From positions 2,276,497 through 2,308,496 of the forward strand of contig NC_003902.1 in assembly GCF_000007145.1 (NCBI RefSeq): a DNA stretch of 32,000 nucleotides, written 5' to 3'. Under the pieces are notes generated by a model that was given only the letters and a program-made list of their open reading frames with translations, was not told the DNA's origin and searched no databases. Made by a program: the position numbers and the translations under genes. Below, one piece after another: positions 9,893 to 16,494 of this stretch. The DNA is from Xanthomonas campestris pv. campestris str. ATCC 33913 (GTDB lineage Bacteria > Pseudomonadota > Gammaproteobacteria > Xanthomonadales > Xanthomonadaceae). The stretch's first letter is position 1, and every line of letters starts with the position of its first letter.

Positions 9893-10294
9893 TTATTGGC
9901 CCGTGATCGCGGTGAGCATCGAGCGCACCTTGGATTCGAGGAAGCTCAGCGACGCGCGGTATTCCAGCGCGGCGCGGCCGTAGGCGGCGCGTTCTGCATC
10001 AGGATCGACGGTGTTGCCGTCCAGGCTGGGCTGGTCGGCTTCGCGGGTGATCTGAAATGGGTTGAGGCCGGCGGTGCTGCCGATCTCGTAGTGCTTGGCA
10101 TCGGTGGCCTGCATCAGGCCGCCGTCGCGGACGCCTTCTGCCGCCTTCAATGCCGCTTCGAAGTTCAGATCCTTGGCCTTGTAGCCAGGGGTGTCCACAT
10201 TGCTCAGATTGCTGGCAATGAGCTTCATCCGCTGCTCGCGCAAGGTGAGCGCGTCGCCGTGGATGCCTAGGAAGGAGGTGAAGGGACTGGACAC
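9893..10294 (-). CDS. flgB: Flagellar basal-body rod protein FlgB (GTG start)
   Basis: I trimmed the 224-aa track ORF to the GTG at 10294 (VSSPFTSFLGIHGDALTLREQRMKLIASNLSNVDTPGYKAKD), giving 133 aa. A GGGAGA Shine-Dalgarno lies 5 nt upstream, and a sigma54 promoter sits just beyond it. The upstream part of the ORF is Pro/Ala-rich junk. Confidence 0.88.
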   Translation of the reverse strand: MSSPFTSFLGIHGDALTLREQRMKLIASNLSNVDTPGYKAKDLNFEAALKAAEGVRDGGLMQATDAKHYEIGSTAGLNPFQITREADQPSLDGNTVDPDAERAAYGRAALEYRASLSFLESKVRSMLTAITGQ

Positions 10295-10326
10295 GGTGTT
10301 CTCCCGTGGAAGGTTGCCAGGGAAGA

Positions 10327-10342
10327 AGCAATGTTTGTGCCA
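10327..10342 (-). promoter_or_regulatory. Sigma54 (-24/-12) promoter of the flgB operon
   Basis: The reverse strand reads TGGCAC-aaaca-TTGCT, an exact match to TGGCAC-N5-TTGCW. It ends about 33 nt upstream of the flgB GTG. Confidence 0.7.
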
Positions 10343-10758
10343 GATCCTGGGCGCCGTGCTGGTGGGGCCGGGCAGGGGGGCCTGGGCGTCGCCGCTGGGG
10401 TCGCTTGGCATTGCAAGCGGTGGGCCGCGGGGCATGGGCCGTGTCGTCGTCGGCAGGGCCAGGCGCGGAGACGGGGCAGCGGGCTTTGCCGCGTTCTTGT
10501 TTAAGGCTGGCCAGAGCGCAACGCGGCTAATCTGCCGAGCCCATTGCGCGCAAGCAGGCGAAGCCATCCAGGGAAGTGGCTGATCGCTAATAGAAGAAGG
10601 TGCGTGTGCGAGGGCCAGCCGCAGGCAAACCCTTGCGGCGCTTGCGCAGGCGTATGGCCGCCCGTTTGGGCAGCAGCATATTCGGAGGGAATCTCAGACG
10701 GGGGCAATCCCGTCAGGCCTGCACGCTCAAGCGGGCAGGAGGGCCGGATCGAGCAGGA

Positions 10759-11703
10759 TCAGGCGGCTTCGGCCACCACGCGCAGGCGGGCCAGCACGTA
10801 ATCGGCCAGCTCGTGGGCGCTGTACTTGGCCACGAAGGCGTTGGCGCCCACCTGCTCGACCATGGCGTTGTTGAACACGCCCGACAACGAGGTGTGCAGC
10901 AGCACGTACAGGCCCTGCAGGCCCGGCGTGCGCCGGATTTCCGTCGTCAGCGTGTAGCCGTCCATTGCCGGCATCTCGATATCGGAGATCACCATGGCGT
11001 AGCGCTCGGCCGGGTTTTCGCCCGATGCGGCCACCTGCAGCAGGTGATCCAGCGCCTGGCGGCCGTCGGAGAGCAGCGTTGCCGCCACGCCCAACTGGTC
11101 GAGCACGCTGCGGATCTGCTGGCGTGCCACGCGTGAGTCGTCCACCACCAGCACCTGGAACTGCCGGTCGGAGGTGACCAGCTGCAGCCCGGGATCCAGC
11201 TGCACGTCCTTGCTGACCTTGGCGATGTCGGCCAGCACGCTTTCCACGTCGATGACCTGGATCAGCTCACCCTGGAACCGCGTCACCGCCGTCAAATAAG
11301 TGGCTTCAGCGCCCAGTTCCGGCGGCGGGTGAATATCTTCCACCGCAATATTGACGATGCGTTCCACGCCGCTGACCAGAAAGCCCTGCACCGAGCGGTT
11401 GAACTCGGCCACCACCAGGTAGCCGGGCCCATTATCGCCATGCGGGTCGCGCTCCGGGTGGCCAATGGCCAGGCCTAAATCCAGCACCGGCACCGAGCGC
11501 CCGCGCACGTCGGCAACGCCGGCGAACTCGGTCGGCAGGCCGGGCACCTGGAACAGTTCCGGCCGGCGCAGCACTTCCTGCACCTTGAAGACGTTCACAC
11601 CAAAAAGCTGGCGGCCGCCCAGCCGAAACAGCAGCAGGGCCAGTCGATTGTGGCCAGCCAGACGCGTGCGCTGGTCGATGCGGTTGAGCAGATCGTGGGT
11701 CAT
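10759..11703 (-). CDS. cheV: CheV-like chemotaxis coupling protein (CheW domain + C-terminal receiver)
   Basis: The N-terminal CheW-like region is IDQRTRLAGHNRLALLLFRLGGRQLFGVNVFKVQEV...VPVLDL. The C-terminal REC is VLVVDDSRVARQQI...VISDIEMPAMDGYTL...LLHTSLSG. I prefer the ATG at 11703, because the track start at 11730 is a TTG. Confidence 0.85.
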   Translation of the reverse strand: MTHDLLNRIDQRTRLAGHNRLALLLFRLGGRQLFGVNVFKVQEVLRRPELFQVPGLPTEFAGVADVRGRSVPVLDLGLAIGHPERDPHGDNGPGYLVVAEFNRSVQGFLVSGVERIVNIAVEDIHPPPELGAEATYLTAVTRFQGELIQVIDVESVLADIAKVSKDVQLDPGLQLVTSDRQFQVLVVDDSRVARQQIRSVLDQLGVAATLLSDGRQALDHLLQVAASGENPAERYAMVISDIEMPAMDGYTLTTEIRRTPGLQGLYVLLHTSLSGVFNNAMVEQVGANAFVAKYSAHELADYVLARLRVVAEAA

Positions 11704-11710
11704 GGGGCAG

Positions 11711-11738
11711 ATATCGACAGGGGTGCGCAATAACTTGA
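11711..11738 (-). promoter_or_regulatory. Weak candidate sigma28 (FliA) promoter for cheV
   Basis: The reverse strand reads TCAAG-N(16 from TCAA)-GTCGATAT, against the consensus TAAA-N15-GCCGATAA. The -10 element ends only 7 nt before the ATG, so the transcript would be essentially leaderless. Confidence 0.3.
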
Positions 11739-11741
11739 GCA

Positions 11742-11890
11742 GGAATGGAGAATCGGGAATCGGGAATCGGGAATCGTCTGACAGGCCATCGGTCCGTCCC
11801 CATTACCAATCGACGGGCGGTCCACATACTTGAGGTATCCGATGCGCCGCCCGGCTTTTGCGATTCCCGATTCCCCACTCCCGATTCCCC
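11742..11890. repeat. Heptamer-armed inverted-repeat element, copy E2 (cheV|flgA divergent intergenic)
   Basis: The left arm is 11742-11776 GGAATGGAGAATCGGGAATCGGGAATCGGGAATCG. An 84-nt spacer follows. The right arm is 11861-11890 CGATTCCCGATTCCCCACTCCCGATTCCCC. Confidence 0.85.
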
Positions 11891-11896
11891 AAAGAA

Positions 11897-11912
11897 CGGC
11901 ACACAGCTTGCA
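11897..11912 (+). promoter_or_regulatory. Candidate sigma54 (-24/-12) promoter of flgA
   Basis: The plus strand reads CGGCAC-acagc-TTGCA, with GG and GC correctly spaced. It ends 34 nt upstream of the flgA ATG. Confidence 0.6.
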
Positions 11913-11945
11913 AGGTCTTCCGCGTCTTCTTCCGGATCTGGTCCC

Positions 11946-12590
11946 ATGCGCCTGCTCCTGCTTGTCATCCTGTTGGTGTCTGCCCCGGCCTGGGCCGATG
12001 GCTACCAGTCCGTCGATTCGATCCGTGCCGCCGCGCTCGCCACCGTGGGCCCCGATGCCGAAGCCGAGGCCACGCTCGATCCCGGTCTTCGCATGCCGGC
12101 GTGCCCGATCGCGCTGCAGGCCCAGCCCACCGGTACCAATACGGTGGAAGTGGCGTGCCCGCAGCCGGCCGGCTGGCGCCTGTTCGTGCCGCTCAAGGTG
12201 CGGCGCAACCAGGATGTGCTGGTCCTGCGTCGCGGCATCACCTCTGGAGAAACCATCTCGTTGGCCGATATCAGCATCGAGAAGCGCGATGCCGCGCGGA
12301 TCGTCGGTGCGGTCCTGGCCGACCCGGCTACGGCGGTGGGCAAGACCGCCCGCCGCATTCTGCCGGCTGGCACGCTGTTGTCGGCCAATGACCTGGTCAC
12401 CCCGCGGCTGGTACGGCGTGGCGACACGGTGCCACTGGTGTCGCGCAATGGTGGGCTGGAGGTGCGCATGAGCGGTCGCGCGCTGTCCGACGCTGGTGAG
12501 AACGAGCGTGTCTCGGTGGAGAATTCATCCTCACGCCGGGTCGTTCAGGGCATTGTTGAAGCGAGCGGTACCGTGGTGGTGTCCAGATAG
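11946..12590 (+). CDS. flgA: Flagellar P-ring assembly chaperone FlgA
   Basis: I trimmed the track ORF to the ATG at 11946, giving 214 aa. It has a signal peptide (MRLLLLVILLVSAPAWA). The C-terminal SAF-like region is LVRRGDTVPLVSRNGGLEVRMSGRALSDAGENERVSVENSSSRRVVQGIV. It is divergent from the flgB side, as is usual. Confidence 0.85.
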   Translation: MRLLLLVILLVSAPAWADGYQSVDSIRAAALATVGPDAEAEATLDPGLRMPACPIALQAQPTGTNTVEVACPQPAGWRLFVPLKVRRNQDVLVLRRGITSGETISLADISIEKRDAARIVGAVLADPATAVGKTARRILPAGTLLSANDLVTPRLVRRGDTVPLVSRNGGLEVRMSGRALSDAGENERVSVENSSSRRVVQGIVEASGTVVVSR

Positions 12591-12600
12591 AAATTTTCTA

Positions 12601-12627
12601 TAAAGTTTTTTTTCTGGCTGCCGTTAT
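12601..12627 (+). promoter_or_regulatory. Sigma28 (FliA) promoter of flgM-flgN
   Basis: The sequence is TAAAG-ttttttttctggct-GCCGTTAT, that is TAAA-N15-GCCGTTAT against the consensus TAAA-N15-GCCGATAA. A GAGGAG Shine-Dalgarno at 12643-12648 precedes the ATG at 12657. Confidence 0.75.
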
Positions 12628-12656
12628 CCCCTACGACCTGTAGAGGAGTTCCTGAC

Positions 12657-12968
12657 ATGAGCCAGAAAATCGAAGGCAATCTACCGACCGCAGCGACTCT
12701 TCGTACCGCCACCGTGGGCAGCAAGATTGCCTCCGCTGGAGAAGACCGCGCGTCACCCGTTGCCGCAACACCGCCCACCGACAGCGTCAAGCTGACCGGC
12801 GAGGCGACCAACCTGCAAGCGCTGCAGCGCGAGCTTTCGCAGTCCTCGGCGATCGACACCGGTCGCGTCCAGGCGGTGAAGGAAGCGTTGCAGAACGGCA
12901 GCTATTCCATCAACCCGGATGCCATCGCCAGCCGCATGATGGATCTGAACCAGCAACTGGCGGGCTAA
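12657..12968 (+). CDS. flgM: Anti-sigma-28 factor FlgM
   Basis: 103 aa. The N-terminal half looks disordered. The conserved C-terminus is IDTGRVQAVKEALQNGSYSINPDAIASRMMDL. It has its own sigma28 promoter. Confidence 0.9.
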   Translation: MSQKIEGNLPTAATLRTATVGSKIASAGEDRASPVAATPPTDSVKLTGEATNLQALQRELSQSSAIDTGRVQAVKEALQNGSYSINPDAIASRMMDLNQQLAG

Positions 12969-12982
12969 TTGCCGGCCAAAGG

Positions 12983-13315
12983 ATGAACGTGAACGATTCC
13001 CTGCAACGTCTCAGCGATGCGCTGGCCGGCGAACGGCAGGCATTGATCGAGCACGACATCGAAAGCTTGATGCGGCACACCCAGGACAAGCTGGCGGCAC
13101 TGCGCGCGCTCGAAGTGCAGATGCCCGAAGGCCAGGAAGAGCGTCTGCGCGAACTGGCCGAAGCCAACCGCGCCAATGGCGCGCTGCTGGCACGCCGTCG
13201 CCGTGAGGTGAACTGGGCACTGCGGCATCTGGGGCGGACCGAAAGCGCGCCGTCCTACGACGCCAATGGCCAGTCCAGCGTATTGCGCGCCGGGCGCTCG
13301 CTCGCGGTGGCCTGA
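12983..13315 (+). CDS. flgN: FlgN-like flagellar export chaperone
   Basis: 110 aa and helical. It lies immediately downstream of flgM. The N-terminal pattern is LQRLSDALAGERQALIEHDIESLMRHTQDKLAALRAL. The call rests mainly on position and composition. Confidence 0.65.
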   Translation: MNVNDSLQRLSDALAGERQALIEHDIESLMRHTQDKLAALRALEVQMPEGQEERLRELAEANRANGALLARRRREVNWALRHLGRTESAPSYDANGQSSVLRAGRSLAVA

Positions 13316-13392
13316 GCGCCACGCCGCATTCGGCAACACGGCCGGTCACGGGTTCGGCGTATATTGGGGCGTCCTCTACGCTGCCTCGTCCC

Positions 13393-14619
13393 GTGACTGC
13401 CAAGTTCTTTCTCAATCAGACGTTGTTGCCTTCCTCGGCCATGCTGCGCGCCTTCGGCGATCAGATGCTTGAGGGTGTGTTGCTGTTCCGCGCCGATGGC
13501 CAATTGATCATGGCCAACGCCATCGCGCGGCAGAGCCTGTGCAAGGAAGATCCCACCGACGACCGCAATCTCGGTGAGCGGATCTCGCAGGTCTTGCCCG
13601 CCGATGCGCTCAACCAGGCGCGTAGCAAGGGCACCTGGACCGGCAGCCTGCCGGTGAGCGACCGGGTGGTGATTGCGCATCTGTATTACAACGAGGAGCA
13701 GGGCGTCGGGCATTTTTTGGCGCTGTTCCACAATATCGAAGGCCAGCAGGACTACGAGCGCGAGCTGCAACAGCGGCATGCCGAGTTGCGCCAGGCCTAT
13801 CTGCGCTTGAACGGCGCCCAGGACAAACTGCTGCAGTCCGAGAAAATGGCCTCCATCGGCCAGCTCGCTGCCGGCGTCGCGCATGAGATCAATAACCCGA
13901 TCGGCTATGTGCACTCGAACCTGGGCAGCCTGCAGGAATATCTGCGCAGCCTGTTCACCCTGATCGAAGCCTACGAACGCGCCTTGCAGGCGCCGGATCC
14001 GAAAGCACTGATCCCCGAAATCGACGAGATCCGCAACCGCGCCGATATCGACTTCATCAGCCGCGATCTGCCGCAGCTGATGGCCGAATCACGCGAGGGT
14101 ATCGAGCGCGTGACCCGCATCGTGCGCGACCTCAAGGACTTCTCGTACTCGGACCGTTCCGAGTCCTGGAAGATGGTGGACCTGCATGCCGGTCTCGAAT
14201 CCACGATCAACATCATCTGGAACGAACTCAAGTACAAGGTCACCCTGGAGCGCAATTACGCCGAGCTGCCGTTGGTGGAATGCCTGCCATCCGAGCTCAA
14301 CCAGGTCTACATGAACCTGCTGCTCAATGCCGGGCAGGCCATTGTCGAGCGCGGCACGATCACCGTGACCACCGGCCGCGACGAGGCGGAAAACGTCTGG
14401 ATCCAATTCCAGGACAGCGGCGCCGGCATTGCCCCGGACCTGCTGCAGCGCATCTTCGACCCGTTCTTCACCACCAAACCGGTCGGCAGCGGCACCGGCC
14501 TGGGCCTGTCGATTTCCTACGGCATCATCAACAAGCACCACGGCCGCATCGACGTCGAAAGCGTCCCGGGGCAGGGCGCAAGCTTCCGGATCGTGTTGCC
14601 GGTGCGGCAGCCGCGGTAG
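13393..14619 (+). CDS. Soluble PAS sensor histidine kinase (HisKA + HATPase_c)
   Basis: 408 aa from a GTG at 13393; an alternative ATG lies at 13441. No hydrophobic segment is present. It has an N-terminal PAS-like region, an H-box ([15 protein letters not shown]), an N-box ([12 protein letters not shown]), a G1/F region ([23 protein letters not shown]) and a G2 box ([10 protein letters not shown]). By position it resembles the kinase described as RavA in X. campestris; this is from memory and unverified. Confidence 0.9.
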
Positions 14620-14630
14620 CGCTTCGCGCT

Positions 14631-14779
14631 GGGAATGGGGAATCGGGAATCGGGAATGGGGAATCGGTAGAGCGGCGTCGCTGATGCTTCGTTGCCCGGA
14701 GGTGCTCATTCCACACGGAGACAAACGGAGCACGCGCACCGCTTGTACCGATTCCCCACTCCCGATTCCCTATTCCCGG
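14631..14779. repeat. Heptamer-armed inverted-repeat element, copy E3 (between convergent kinase and regulator genes)
   Basis: The left arm is 14631-14667 GGGAATGGGGAATCGGGAATCGGGAATGGGGAATCGG. An 80-nt spacer follows. The right arm is 14748-14779 CCGATTCCCCACTCCCGATTCCCTATTCCCGG. The right arm overlaps the TAG stop (14770-14772) and the last three codons of the regulator gene. Confidence 0.85.
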
Positions 14780-16491
14780 CCGTTCCGCAACTCATCATGC
14801 GTGCGGAATGCCTGGCGAATGTGCTCGCGCAACTCGTCGTCGTTCCAGGGTTTGGTGAGGAAGCGGTAGATCGCCCCGCGGTTGATCGCTTCGGTCACCG
14901 TGGCCAGGTCGGTGTAGCCGGAGAGCACCAGGCGCACGGTGTCGGGGTAGAGCATCTTGACCCGGCCCAGGAACTCGGTGCCGCTCATGTCGCTCATGCG
15001 CTGATCGGAGAGGATCACCTGCACATCGTTGGTGGCCAGCAGGTCGAAGGCGTCGCGCACGTTGCCTGCCGCCAGAATCCGGTAGCCGTCGCGGCGGAAT
15101 AGCCGCACCAATGAGCGCAGCACGTTCTCTTCGTCGTCCAGCAACAGCAAGGTACGGTCGGGGCGGCTTTCGGCGAACGATTCCGGGCGCAGATAGCGGC
15201 GGCGGAGCGCCATGCCGGCGGACTCGGCCGACATCGGCTCACCGAACAGATAGCCCTGGAAGATGTCGCAGTCATTGCGCCGCAAAAACCCCAGTTGCGC
15301 CTGCGATTCCACGCCGTTGGCGATCACCGTCATGCCCAGCTGATGGCCCATCGCAATGATGGCGCGCGCGATCGCGGCCTCACGGCTGCCGGCCGGTGCG
15401 CTCTTGATGAAGCTGCGGTCGATCTTCAGCCGGTCTACCGGGTAGCGCACCAACGCGCTGAGGCTGGAGTCGCCGGTGCCGAAGTTGTCCAGGCTGAGAC
15501 TGATGCCTTCGTTGCGCAGGTTGGCCATCGTCTCGTGGACGAAGTTGACGTTGTTGGTCAACGCGCTTTCGTTGATCTCCAGCGTCACGAACTGCGCCGG
15601 CACGCCGGCGGTCTGCAGCATGGCCATGACTTCGTTGAAGAAGCCCGGGCGCAGCAGCTGCAACGTGGAGACGTTCACCGCAATGCTGAAATCGTCAAAG
15701 CCCTGGTCGCGCCACAGCCGTGCCTGGCGTACCGCGTTCTGCAGTACCCATTCGCCGATCTGCACGATCACGCCCAGCCGCTCGGCGGTGCGCATGAAGC
15801 GCTCCGGCACCAGCATGCCCAGCGTGGGCGATTGCCAGCGCAGCAACGCCTCCATGCCGACGATGCGGCCATCGCGCGCGCTCACCAGTGGTTGGTAACG
15901 CAGCCGCAGTTCGCCATGCGGGATCGCATCGACGATCTGCCGCGCAATGATGCTTTCGCTATGCGCATTGGTGGCCGAATTGCGGGTGTACAGGCGCACC
16001 GTATTGCCGCCTTCGCGCGCGGCCTGGTAGCTGGCTTCTTCGGCGTAGTCGAGCAGGGTGGAGAGCGAGGTGGAATGTTCCGGACACAGGCTGATGCCGA
16101 CCTTGCCGGTCATGAATAACGTGTACGGCAACACCGACAGCGGCAATTCCAGCTGCTGGCGGATCTCTTCGGCAAAGTCTTCCGGCAGTGGCGTGTCTTC
16201 GCGCCGCACCGCCACCACGATCATTTCGTCGCTACCGTGCCGCCACAGCTTGCCGCGCGTGCCCAGGAATTCCTGCAGCCTGCGTGCGGTCAGGGTCAAC
16301 GCCTGGTCGCCGACCTCGCCACTCATGTTCTCGTTGATCGAGGCGAAGTGGTCGATGTCGATATGGAAGATCATCAGCGGCGGGCCGCCGGAGGCGGCGG
16401 CATCCACCAGATGCAGTAATTCAGGGTTTCCCGCGCCCAGACGGGTCGGCTTGACTATTTCCAGTCCGGGCGGGATCACAGGGCTCCACAT
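14770..16491 (-). CDS. Response regulator with the domain order degenerate GGDEF - EAL - C-terminal REC
   Basis: 573 aa.
- **GGDEF domain:** carries RHGSDEM in place of RxGGDEF, and no RxxD site precedes it.
- **EAL domain:** carries MEALLRW, LEINES, DNFGTGDSS, LKIDRSF, ANGVES and FQGYLFGEP.
- **REC domain:** lies at the C-terminus (LLLLDDEENVL...VILSDQRMSDMSGTEF...LVLSGY...FLTKPW).

It starts 3 nt after the upstream kinase gene. The architecture resembles RavR of X. campestris; this is from memory and unverified. Confidence 0.92.
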   Translation of the reverse strand: MWSPVIPPGLEIVKPTRLGAGNPELLHLVDAAASGGPPLMIFHIDIDHFASINENMSGEVGDQALTLTARRLQEFLGTRGKLWRHGSDEMIVVAVRREDTPLPEDFAEEIRQQLELPLSVLPYTLFMTGKVGISLCPEHSTSLSTLLDYAEEASYQAAREGGNTVRLYTRNSATNAHSESIIARQIVDAIPHGELRLRYQPLVSARDGRIVGMEALLRWQSPTLGMLVPERFMRTAERLGVIVQIGEWVLQNAVRQARLWRDQGFDDFSIAVNVSTLQLLRPGFFNEVMAMLQTAGVPAQFVTLEINESALTNNVNFVHETMANLRNEGISLSLDNFGTGDSSLSALVRYPVDRLKIDRSFIKSAPAGSREAAIARAIIAMGHQLGMTVIANGVESQAQLGFLRRNDCDIFQGYLFGEPMSAESAGMALRRRYLRPESFAESRPDRTLLLLDDEENVLRSLVRLFRRDGYRILAAGNVRDAFDLLATNDVQVILSDQRMSDMSGTEFLGRVKMLYPDTVRLVLSGYTDLATVTEAINRGAIYRFLTKPWNDDELREHIRQAFRTHDELRNGRE

Positions 16492-16494
16492 GAA

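Noticed and set aside
11432-11968. ORFs reading through the heptamer arms (GIGNRESGIGN / RFPIPDSRFPIP; for example 11432-11968, 11745-12590 N-terminus, 14089-14739, 14528-14716, 7090-7434)
   Set aside because: These are repeat-derived reading frames that overlap genuine genes or promoters. The 7-nt period does not preserve a frame.
12606-12613. T8 homopolymer inside the flgM sigma28 promoter spacer, as a slipped-strand phase-variation switch
   Set aside because: Eight residues is short for efficient slippage, and the current spacing is already the optimal 15 nt. It is noted only as something to compare between strains.
7401-14779. Possibility that the regularly spaced repeats are a CRISPR array
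   Set aside because: The arms are heptamer microsatellites arranged as inverted pairs around a single spacer. They are not direct repeats of 24-48 bp alternating with unique spacers, and no cas genes are present.
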